Of a stretch of 64,000 bases of DNA, positions 9,883 to 17,592 are shown piece by piece. The stretch lies in the IMG/VR virus record IMGVR_UViG_3300028833_003296, positions 15,736-79,735 of that record; one strand, written 5' to 3'. A program made the position numbers and the translations under genes. The notes under the pieces are model-generated. The model did no database searches. It saw only the letters and a program-made list of their open reading frames with translations, and was not told the origin of the DNA. Position 1 is the stretch's first letter; every line of letters begins with the position of its first letter. This DNA comes from a virus. Lineage: Duplodnaviria > Caudoviricetes.

Positions 9883-9886
9883 ATTG

Positions 9887-9921
9887 CAAAGATACGCTTA
9901 ACAAGCCCTACTTAAAAATAC
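9887..9921 (-). promoter_or_regulatory. Prophage A late-type promoter GTATTTT-N20-TATCTTTG
   Basis: Motif and spacing counted directly. Confidence 0.6.
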
Positions 9922-9930
9922 TGCGACGAA

Positions 9931-9961
9931 AAAAGGCAGCTGCCCTCACGGGTGGCTGCCT
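9931..9961 (-). terminator. Intrinsic terminator
   Basis: GGCAGC..CC-GUGA-GG..GCUGCC followed by U6 on the minus strand. Confidence 0.7.
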
Positions 9962-10123
9962 CTCCGATTAACATAAAATATAATTATGACAGTTCATCTA
10001 TGAGACTATTAATCTACAAAACTAACCTTTAACCTAATAACAAAAGTACATTTTACACAAATCATTAAAACTTAAACAATATGAAAAAATTAAAATTGGT
10101 ACTCAATCATTTCCTTGTCTGTA

Positions 10124-10160
10124 AAAACCCTGTCGCGCCTCACGGCGAGGCAGGGAAAAA
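10124..10160. terminator. Intrinsic terminator-like hairpin
   Basis: CCCTG..GCC-TCAC-GGC..CAGGG with an A-run on its left, giving a U-run on the minus strand. Confidence 0.55.
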
Positions 10161-10370
10161 TTAACAAAATTCATCTCAAAAAAAACTATTAACCAAATAA
10201 CTGTTTTTGAAAAATCCTTTTGACTTATGAAAAAAAAATTACTGAAAAAAATTACTGCGAGTGTAATCATCATCCGGGCATCGCCATGCCACGGTTTTTT
10301 CACAACTAACTAAAAACTTTATTACCATGAAAAATAATACTCTGCAAATGTACACATATTCCATCGTCCG

Positions 10371-10412
10371 AAAAAATACACGGTGCATATCCGTCACGGA
10401 CGGCACCGTGCC
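10371..10412 (-). terminator. Intrinsic terminator
   Basis: CACGGTGC / GCACCGTG stem with a U-run on the minus strand, downstream of 10446-10715. Confidence 0.6.
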
Positions 10413-10445
10413 TTAGTATTATCTAATGAAATAGGTATCTCTCTC

Positions 10446-10715
10446 TCATCGCAGTCGCCACATCTGCCATACGGGGCTGCCGTCGCCATCCTGAATGAGC
10501 ATATAGCCAGCCCATAGCATGTAGTCCACTATCACGCTGTCCTCGATGGTGAGGATGGGCGACAGGTCGTCCATCACCTGCAGCGTGGTCTTACGCTCCT
10601 CTATCAGCGACATGTTCTGGTCGTACACCGTCTGACGGGTGGAGAAATAACTGTCCAACACAGCCTTCTCTATGTCGCTTGCCTTCAGTTGCTTTTCTTT
10701 CCTTGCCATAGTCAA
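10446..10715 (-). CDS. Small winged-helix-like phage protein
   Basis: 89 aa. Pattern similar to 51424-51723 (V..YM..AGY / V..AL..AGY, terminal W). Confidence 0.6.
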   Translation of the reverse strand: MTMARKEKQLKASDIEKAVLDSYFSTRQTVYDQNMSLIEERKTTLQVMDDLSPILTIEDSVIVDYMLWAGYMLIQDGDGSPVWQMWRLR

Positions 10716-11026
10716 TCCTTTCTTACGTTTTCCAATATGATTTCTATGCCTTTTACCTGTTCAAACCACCAAACGAACCCTCTCAGTCCGTCCAAACTCT
10801 TCATGCACTCTTCTGCCCTGGAGTTATCCTCCCGATAGGCAGCAATGATAAAATCGTCATATTCACGAATAGAATCCAAAAGGTCTTCCTTCACGAATTT
10901 TATCAAGTCGTACAGGTCTTGGAGGTTTTCTTCCGTAAACTTTGCCGTGTATTTGCCCAGTTTCACCTCTGCCGTAGGTACGATGACCGATGTATTGCCG
11001 TTCTTTTCCATAGTCGTTCCCTCCAT
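10712..11026 (-). CDS. Hypothetical phage protein
   Basis: SVIVPTAEVKLGKYTAKFTE nearly identical to the N-terminus of 53342-53653. Confidence 0.7.
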   Translation of the reverse strand: MEGTTMEKNGNTSVIVPTAEVKLGKYTAKFTEENLQDLYDLIKFVKEDLLDSIREYDDFIIAAYREDNSRAEECMKSLDGLRGFVWWFEQVKGIEIILENVRKD

Positions 11027-11190
11027 TAAAATAATGTTCCTAAACTATTCGCTATCGCGCCCATCAAGAGCATGGCGAGCAGCCATGCGTGTACGCTCAA
11101 CACTTCGCCATGGGTGAAGTTCTCACCGCAAAGAGTGGAAAATGTGTTGCTCCTTTTGCTTAGCCAATCATTCTTTCTCATAACTTGCAT
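11026..11190 (-). CDS. 54-aa protein with C-terminal hydrophobic helix (not in ORF track)
   Basis: MQVMRKNDWLSKRSNTFSTLCGENFTHGEVLSVHAWLLAMLLMGAIANSLGTLF. TAATG overlap with the next gene. Conserved copy at 52350-52514. Confidence 0.75.
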   Translation of the reverse strand: MQVMRKNDWLSKRSNTFSTLCGENFTHGEVLSVHAWLLAMLLMGAIANSLGTLF

Positions 11191-11359
11191 GTTTTTAAAG
11201 ATTCATAAAAAAGATTCTACGTTTGATGGTGCAAATGTAACTATTATTATTCACACACGCAAATTTTGTGTAACTAATATTATTCTTATTAACATTATTT
11301 AGTGAATAATATTAATCACAATTATAATAATTGTGTAACTTTGCTCAAAATTTCAAATT

Positions 11360-11620
11360 ATGGAGAATCGAATAAAAATCGTGATAAAGGAAAAAGGCTT
11401 TACGATTACGAGCCTTGCAGAAAAATTGGGAATGACACGCGAAAACCTTTCAAGAACAATAGTCAACCCATCTTCGCCAACATTGGAAAAACTTTCCGAG
11501 GCACTTGACGTTCCCGTGTGGCAATTCTTCGCCTCTCGTGAGGATGTTTTGGGCGATTCCGATTCTACATCCATCACTTGTCCCCATTGCGGCAAGGAGA
11601 TCCAGATAGAGGTAAAATAA
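11360..11620 (+). CDS. XRE-family HTH regulator with C-terminal CPHCG zinc ribbon
   Basis: IKEKGFTITSLAEKLGMTRENLS HTH. Homologue of 53833-54099. Confidence 0.85.
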   Translation: MENRIKIVIKEKGFTITSLAEKLGMTRENLSRTIVNPSSPTLEKLSEALDVPVWQFFASREDVLGDSDSTSITCPHCGKEIQIEVK

Positions 11621-11651
11621 AAAAGCCCCAACCTTGCTGGGCTGGGGTTTG
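11619..11651. terminator. Bidirectional terminator
   Basis: AAAAAAGCCCCAACC..GGGCTGGGGTTT between convergent units. Near-copy at 54099-54131. Confidence 0.65.
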
Positions 11652-11668
11652 GTGTTAAAGTGATCTTT

Positions 11669-11738
11669 TTAAACGTATTGCGGAACTGGTCTGTCTATCA
11701 GGTGACCAGCGTCAATATCCTCTTTATATTTTTCAATA
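11669..11738 (-). pseudogene. hicB: 3' remnant of hicB-like gene
   Basis: DNA identical to about 54149-54218, encoding IEKYKEDIDAGHLIDRPVPQYV*. Confidence 0.8.
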
Positions 11739-11816
11739 AATGGCTGAATCGTCTAAACAAGAAGATAGATTTAGGCAAAATAAAGCCAAAACTAAAACAA
11801 ACAAAAATTTTTTCAT
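11733..11816 (-). pseudogene. Truncated or micro lipoprotein ORF (27 aa)
   Basis: MKKFLFVLVLALFCLNLSSCLDDSAIY* has a lipoprotein signal with an LSSC lipobox. It ends at the junction with the hicB remnant. Confidence 0.5.
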
Positions 11817-11881
11817 GTTCAATTGTTATTTGATTTTTTGATTTTAAGAGGTCAAAATCTCATTTTATTCAAGTGGGATAA

Positions 11882-12571
11882 TTATTTCTTCTTTCTGACA
11901 TTGAAAGGTCCAAGGCTCGTTATACCGTCAACGTGTTCAAACAACTGTGGCTCAACGTTTGCCTGCATAGGGTCAAGTATGAAGTCTATACCCTCTCGCC
12001 TTGCCAGCTTGGCAGCTGGGACGAAATCGGAATCCCCAGAGAAAAGTACAATGGTATCAACAAACCCTTTAAGAGCTAAAGTGGCGATATCCACGCCTAT
12101 TTTCATATCAATGCCTTTTTGCTGTACGTCCAAGTATACTTCATTTTCCGACAAATCTTCCAGTTTCTTCTTTCCAGACAGCAATTCTTTCACGCGACCA
12201 GGATAAATCTGCCAGTTATGATTGTCTTTCAATGTGCCTATGCGTAAGGCTACCTTGCGCTTTCGCTTCAACTCCTCCAGCAACTCCATACGGAACTTGT
12301 ACTCAGCAGTTTTACTGAAGTCGAACAGTTTCTTACTTACAGGATTGTGTACCTTCTTGTCTATTGGTGGACAGTCATAATAGAAAATACGGTAGAGCGT
12401 GTTACTTTTACCTACATGTTTCATCGCCATTGTATAAAGATGGTTGGCCACTTGGGCACCTGTCATCTTCTTATCTTTATTATAAAGGGAATTGAAACGC
12501 TTTACGAAGAATCCGCCGTCTATTAATACAGCAATCTTCACGGGTGGAAAACTGTTTTCTTTCTTTTTCAT
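11882..12571 (-). CDS. NYN/LabA-DUF88 (PIN-like) nuclease
   Basis: AVLIDGGF, QQKGIDMKIGVDIA and LFSGDSDFVPA motifs. Start set at MKKKENS. Confidence 0.9.
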   Translation of the reverse strand: MKKKENSFPPVKIAVLIDGGFFVKRFNSLYNKDKKMTGAQVANHLYTMAMKHVGKSNTLYRIFYYDCPPIDKKVHNPVSKKLFDFSKTAEYKFRMELLEELKRKRKVALRIGTLKDNHNWQIYPGRVKELLSGKKKLEDLSENEVYLDVQQKGIDMKIGVDIATLALKGFVDTIVLFSGDSDFVPAAKLARREGIDFILDPMQANVEPQLFEHVDGITSLGPFNVRKKK

Positions 12572-12670
12572 TATGCAAAAAATAATGCCCAGGGGTCGGC
12601 ACATCCATTATCAAGAATAAGCGGCAAAGCAGATTGCGGCTTTCGGATGTGCGTCGCCATGAGCCTAATC
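12572..12670 (-). ncRNA. Structured 5' leader of NYN gene (candidate cis RNA)
   Basis: GCACATCC/GGATGTGC stem, inner AAAGC/GCTTT and TTAT/ATAA hairpins, outer stem, U-run before ATG. Canonical promoter TTTG-N20-TATATTTG at 12677-12708. Confidence 0.5.
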
Positions 12671-12730
12671 ATGTTGCAAATATAAACATTTTATATATTT
12701 CCTCCAAATTTAGAGGGTGAAAATTATCGT

Positions 12731-12773
12731 TTTCAGTCTAAATTTAATATTTAAATACAAATATCTGATGTTT
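12731..12773. repeat. 43-bp direct repeat, copy 1
   Basis: tttcagtctaaatttaatatttaaatacaaatatctgatgttt, identical at 13734-13776. Confidence 0.9.
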
Positions 12774-12839
12774 TCACGGATGTTTTCTCGTCATAAAAAG
12801 CCAGAACATTTCTGCCCTGGCTTACCTAAAGTGATCTTT

Positions 12840-12938
12840 TTAAATGTATTGTGTAACTGGCTTATCTATCAGGACACCAGCATCAATATCCTTTTTATAC
12901 CTATCAATGAATGTGCTAATCTTATTGATAGTTGTTTA
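12840..12938 (-). pseudogene. hicB: Second, diverged 3' remnant of hicB-like gene
   Basis: Encodes TTINKISTFIDRYKKDIDAGVLIDKPVTQYI*, immediately after the DUF2335 stop. Confidence 0.7.
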
Positions 12939-13412
12939 TTATCTTCTTAGCTTTTGAGGATAATTTTCTTCACCATCATTATTTTCTTCCTTGTCTTTTA
13001 ATCCATCCGAACCAAAGAACATGCCTACAATGGCAAAGAAAGACGAGAAACAAGAAATAGCGGCAAACCACGGATGGTCGAAGTAAAGTGCAAATGCGGT
13101 GAGAAAGATAAAAAGAGCAAGGGAAAGGAAGGCATACAACATCCCACGCCTATTGACCTCCCTGTCGTCTTTTTGCTGTTGCTCGATTATATCAAGCCGC
13201 CTCTCCATATCTTTATGGCGGTTCTCTTGTTCCTTTTTGGTAACGTCGATAAACATATCAACGATGCGAGGGTCTATCCTTTGGTAATGTTCAAGTTCTT
13301 GGGGAGATGGCAGGGCACTGTCATCCACAGTAAGAGTTTGCTCAGTCTGCTTGCCCGTACCTTGAACGGTGGAAACCAATGTCTCCCTTCGATTAATAGA
13401 CTTCTTAGCCAT
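12939..13412 (-). CDS. DUF2335-family membrane protein
   Basis: LPSPQELEHYQRIDP..EQENRH motif followed by two transmembrane segments. Confidence 0.8.
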   Translation of the reverse strand: MAKKSINRRETLVSTVQGTGKQTEQTLTVDDSALPSPQELEHYQRIDPRIVDMFIDVTKKEQENRHKDMERRLDIIEQQQKDDREVNRRGMLYAFLSLALFIFLTAFALYFDHPWFAAISCFSSFFAIVGMFFGSDGLKDKEENNDGEENYPQKLRR

Positions 13413-13644
13413 TTTCCGTTATCACCTTGTTAAATGCTTTTCTTGCGTCGTTTTTAATGAGAGTTTGGTCATTTCGTAAGTTTTCACCATCACTTTTTGG
13501 TGAAAACACCTGTTTTCGCATTTCCTTTATGTCTTCAGATCCGTTCTCATATCTACCATTAGCAGACTTTCCTATCATAAAAAGGCCACGAGCTATGGTA
13601 AAAAACGATTCAGAGAAAAAACTCGCAATGTTAAACACAATCAA
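13405..13644 (-). CDS. Small partner protein upstream of DUF2335 gene
   Basis: 79 aa, 8-bp overlap with the DUF2335 gene. Confidence 0.6.
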   Translation of the reverse strand: MIVFNIASFFSESFFTIARGLFMIGKSANGRYENGSEDIKEMRKQVFSPKSDGENLRNDQTLIKNDARKAFNKVITENG

Positions 13645-13733
13645 TCACCTCCTTTCATTTTCGGATTACAAATATAGAAATAAAATACGTATCTTCCAAA
13701 TATTCTGACCATTAAAATTGTTTTTCGTTTAAA

Positions 13734-13776
13734 TTTCAGTCTAAATTTAATATTTAAATACAAATATCTGATGTTT
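13734..13776. repeat. 43-bp direct repeat, copy 2
   Basis: Identical to 12731-12773. Confidence 0.9.
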
Positions 13777-13885
13777 ACCCGTCATTTTCGTGCGGTCATG
13801 AAAAGGAGAAAGGGCGCGGTGCATCGGCTTGCATCACGCCCAAACTTTACGGTGTGTCATCATTTTCGTGGGGTCACGAAAATGG

Positions 13886-14323
13886 TTACGGGTTCACGGC
13901 ATCCTCACCGTCTTCTGCATCCTCGTCGGGGAAATAGATGTCAGCTTCGCGGATTTTCAAGTCCTTGTAGAGGTCAACGGCCTTGAAACGCTTGCCGAGG
14001 TAGAGGTTCATTCGGCATCCCACCACGTTGTCACGGGCATTGAAGTCGTCGGCAGTGTCGGCAGGCTTCGTCTTCAAGCCAATACTGAAGATACCAAGGT
14101 CGTCGATACGTACCGCCTTGCCTTCGAGAAGCAGTTCACGCAGACAGTTCTCCGTCTCGATGAGAACACCGCGTATCAATGCCTCAGAGAATGCGCAGTG
14201 GTGGTTGGCCATGTGCTTAATGAACTCGTCGAACTCCATGAGCTCGTGGGTAGCGCGTGCGTACCATTTTCCCTTGAAGTCGCTACCGTCGCGGTTGTCT
14301 TGTCTTACTTTGTAGTGAATCAT
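13886..14323 (-). CDS. HU/IHF-related DNA-binding protein (Bacteroidetes HU-HIG type)
   Basis: IRGVLIETENCLRELLLEGKAVRIDDLGIF. Paralogue at 55036-55470. Confidence 0.85.
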   Translation of the reverse strand: MIHYKVRQDNRDGSDFKGKWYARATHELMEFDEFIKHMANHHCAFSEALIRGVLIETENCLRELLLEGKAVRIDDLGIFSIGLKTKPADTADDFNARDNVVGCRMNLYLGKRFKAVDLYKDLKIREADIYFPDEDAEDGEDAVNP

Positions 14324-14495
14324 TGTTTGTTGAGTGTTTAATGTTTAGTGTTTAGCGGGAGTTTCCCACCGATGCAAAGATACGCACCCTCACTGGCGCA
14401 AATACGAATGTATGCGGTTACGTGCGTTTATAATCGGGAAATTGTGGTAGTTTGCCGTTTTATTGTCTTACCTTTGCGGCCGCTTTAAGACACAC

Positions 14496-14714
14496 ATGAT
14501 GACATTCAGAATTAAACCATACGGCAGAACGGAGCTGGCACAGCTCTACTGCCCTGACATCTTGCCTGAGTCGGCTTGGAAGAAGTTCCGCCGATGGATG
14601 GAGGTACACCCCACGCTCATGGGCGTAATGGAGAAGTCGGGCTACACCCATAGCCAACGCACCTTCACGTCGCTTCAGGTGAGCCAAATAGTGGCCGCCT
14701 TGGGCGAACCATAG
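14496..14714 (+). CDS. DUF4248-family protein
   Basis: YGRTELAQLYCP..AWKKFRRW..QRTFTSLQVSQIVAALGEP. Same protein sequence at 55643-55861. Confidence 0.85.
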   Translation: MMTFRIKPYGRTELAQLYCPDILPESAWKKFRRWMEVHPTLMGVMEKSGYTHSQRTFTSLQVSQIVAALGEP

Positions 14715-14717
14715 TTT

Positions 14718-14787
14718 TTAACAAATTTTTTGGCTATATCTTTGGCGATTATATATACAATTTTCGGCAAAGATATATGCAATAATC
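14718..14787. repeat. 60-70-bp palindromic element, copy 1 of 3
   Basis: ttaacaaattttttggctatatctttggcgattatatatacaattttcggcaaagatata. Also at 26121 and 55865. Confidence 0.9.
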
Positions 14788-15241
14788 TGGGAATATACAT
14801 TTGTAAAGAAAAAGTTTTTTTGTTTCCATCCCGTTTCCAAGCGGAAAACAGAGATGGAAATTTTCAGGCAATTTCGCAAAAATGTGCCGATGACAATAGG
14901 AAATTTGGCATTTTTGACGGGAAGGGAAGCGGAAACGATGGAAATTAAAAAACGAAAGGCCGTGTTTTGCAACGTTTTTGCACGGTGTATTTTTCTGAAA
15001 TGGCCATAAACAAAGGGATTTTTGGATTTTGAGACCGAAAAATCCAAAAATCACTCGCGCAACAGCCCCCACTGCCCTACGCAGACAAAGGCAATTGCCT
15101 CTCTGACTTTAACGGAATATGTAAACATTAATTCCCGTGACGCTCAATTTCCCTGTGTGGAAATTGCCACGCCTCGTTTGCGGTGGCACGAAAAAAATTG
15201 CCAAGACGCAATGCCTTGGCAACGACGATGGTATGAGTGTA

Positions 15242-16864
15242 TCAATTCCCACCAAACGAAGAGACGACGGCACCAGCCATGCGGAGTTGCAACTTGGGGA
15301 ACTTCTCCACGCCGATGCAGAGGGTGTCGAAGGCATCGGAGCCGTCGGTGCGGTTCTCCAGCTTGTCTTCCTCTGTCTCTGCCAGCTTCTCGCCTCGCTT
15401 GTCTTTCTTACCCATATAGACACCAGCGGTCTGGATGGAGAGAAGGAGGTCGCGGTTGTTGTCCTTGTTGATGAGTACCTGGTGCGCTGCCCTGCCCTGC
15501 AACATGCGGTTGATGAGTGCCTGCTTCTCGATGTGCCCCATCTGGCGACCGATGCAGACATCATTGACGTACCAACCTTCACGCCTTAGCCCTGAGACGA
15601 TGGTGGCGTGGAAGTCGTCGTTGTGCAATGCGTAGTTGTTGGAGATGAACGTGGTATCGTAATAGAAGATGACCTGCTTGAAGGCATAGTACATATAATA
15701 GTTGCAGAAGTCGTCAACCAGTTCGGGAATCTTGCGCTCATACTTCACGTAGAAACTCTTCACCACGCGCAGTTTGTTGTCGTCGCCCACCTGACCTACC
15801 ACGCACCAGTTGATATTGGCATTGGCATCGAAGGCGATGATGAGCGGCAGGCCGCAGTCAACGTCGGAGTCCATCCTGCAGTCTTCCTTCTGCAATCGCT
15901 CGAAGTCGTAATTGAGGTTGTCGAGGTGTGAGATGTTCGGTGCGGTGTAGAGGTTGATGGGACGGAGGGCACTGTAGAATCCATCCTTCGACATGGTGAG
16001 TCGCAGACCGAGGATGGAGGTGGCGAAGGTGAGGGCCGGCAGGTTGCGCTTCATGTCGTAGAAATACCGCTCACCCAGTATGGCAAGGTTCTCGATGCTG
16101 GAGTATTCCTTGTAGAGTGTCAGGTTGCCACGAAAGAAATTCAGTTCCTGGTTCAACCGCGACAGCTTGCGCTGGTAGTATTCCTCCCGTTCGGGGTGCT
16201 GCAGCAGCTGCTGCTTGGTCTTCCACACGGCATAGACAAGACCCTCCACCACGGAGAGAACGTCGGAGTCCATCTGCTGCTCGTAACCAAGGAACCACGA
16301 ACCCGCCTTGGTGACGGGCATATCGCTTGTGATGGTCATGCCATGATGCAGGTAACACTTGGAGAAATACATCTCGTTGCCACGGTTAGCCTGAAACGTC
16401 TCGTTCTTCAGCTGCTCGAAGTCGATGAACTTTGCCTCGTCTATCATCAAGCCATCGAGCGACATGGAGTTGCTGGTACCTACACGATCCTGAGAGATGA
16501 GCGTGATGTATGAGCCGTTGTAAAAAGAGATGATGTTGTCGTAGTTCTCTGGTTCCCAGATGGGCGGTGCCCAATGCCATGCCTTTGCCGGTCGGTGGCC
16601 AAGGCAATAGTGTTGGTCCTTGCGATAGCCCCAGCTGTTCAGGTGCATCAGAATAGACGGCAGGATGTTGGTGAGACCGCGCTTCACGCTCGGTACCACG
16701 AAACCAAGCGAGCAACGAGGCATAGCCTGAAGGAACTGCAAGGCACGTGAAGCCTGTATCACTCCCTTGCCGATACCACGGCCACAAACCGCCACGAGCG
16801 TACGGGGAGACATCGACAGCAGGTAATACTGTGCGTCATTGAGGTATATCTTCTTCTTCTCCAT
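15242..16864 (-). CDS. terL: Terminase large subunit
   Basis: Walker A-like GRGIGKG, Walker B LMIDEAK, nuclease AFDAN and DGSDAFD motifs. 540 aa. Confidence 0.85.
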   Translation of the reverse strand: MEKKKIYLNDAQYYLLSMSPRTLVAVCGRGIGKGVIQASRALQFLQAMPRCSLGFVVPSVKRGLTNILPSILMHLNSWGYRKDQHYCLGHRPAKAWHWAPPIWEPENYDNIISFYNGSYITLISQDRVGTSNSMSLDGLMIDEAKFIDFEQLKNETFQANRGNEMYFSKCYLHHGMTITSDMPVTKAGSWFLGYEQQMDSDVLSVVEGLVYAVWKTKQQLLQHPEREEYYQRKLSRLNQELNFFRGNLTLYKEYSSIENLAILGERYFYDMKRNLPALTFATSILGLRLTMSKDGFYSALRPINLYTAPNISHLDNLNYDFERLQKEDCRMDSDVDCGLPLIIAFDANANINWCVVGQVGDDNKLRVVKSFYVKYERKIPELVDDFCNYYMYYAFKQVIFYYDTTFISNNYALHNDDFHATIVSGLRREGWYVNDVCIGRQMGHIEKQALINRMLQGRAAHQVLINKDNNRDLLLSIQTAGVYMGKKDKRGEKLAETEEDKLENRTDGSDAFDTLCIGVEKFPKLQLRMAGAVVSSFGGN

Positions 16865-17435
16865 CGTCCTTGATTTCTACGAATTCCGCATCCTGGATGT
16901 CTGCACCCAACTTTCGTTTCATGCGCTGTATCTTGCCGCGCAGGTCCTTGACGGGTGCGATGCCGATAACCGTCGGGTCGTCGGTAGGTTCGATTTGGTG
17001 AGGGATGATATCGTCGTAGTCGAACGGTTGCTGGTCTATCTCTCCCACACGGTTGTACTTGGCATAATCGGCGTTGGCTTTCTCGGCGGCACGGTTGTCA
17101 TGGTCGCGCATGGCCTGTCGGTAAACCTCATCCGTGCGACGGTTGAACACGAAGCGATGCCACTCCTTGGTCTCCGCCTCGATGTTGCCGATGAGTATCT
17201 TGATGAGCCTGATGTCATCGTATGCCTCACGCTGCTTGATGTCGGGATGCATCGTCATGTCCTGCTGCACCATCTCTCGCGTGGTCTTCGAGGGGAAGTT
17301 GAGCCAGAACGTATAGAGGGCACGCAGTCGAAGCAAGCGCACTTGGATGTGTTGCGGCACGTTGCGCTCGTTCATGTCATCGACCGATGCAAACAGGTTG
17401 AGCTGGTAATCGTCTATCTTAGCTGGTAGGCTCAT
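16836..17435 (-). CDS. Probable terminase small subunit
   Basis: 199 aa helical protein overlapping the terL start. Confidence 0.55.
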   Translation of the reverse strand: MSLPAKIDDYQLNLFASVDDMNERNVPQHIQVRLLRLRALYTFWLNFPSKTTREMVQQDMTMHPDIKQREAYDDIRLIKILIGNIEAETKEWHRFVFNRRTDEVYRQAMRDHDNRAAEKANADYAKYNRVGEIDQQPFDYDDIIPHQIEPTDDPTVIGIAPVKDLRGKIQRMKRKLGADIQDAEFVEIKDDGEEEDIPQ

Positions 17436-17454
17436 GGGAATTGTGGGTTATGGG

Positions 17455-17592
17455 TTAGAGGTAAACGTCGGCACGCCCGACTTGCGGGAGAATCCATCCC
17501 AACAAGCCGAGCGTGTGGATGCCAGTTCCGAGGTATGATTGCACGGGGCAATCACTCAGAGGCTTCAGCAGCTGCTGTATCTGATTGGTCAT
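17455..17592 (-). pseudogene. Truncated conserved phage gene (probable PLD-like family N-terminus)
   Basis: MTNQIQQLLKPLSDCPVQSYLGTGIHTLGLLGWILPQVGRADVYL* stops after 45 aa. Family assignment is from memory of related phages. Confidence 0.4.
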
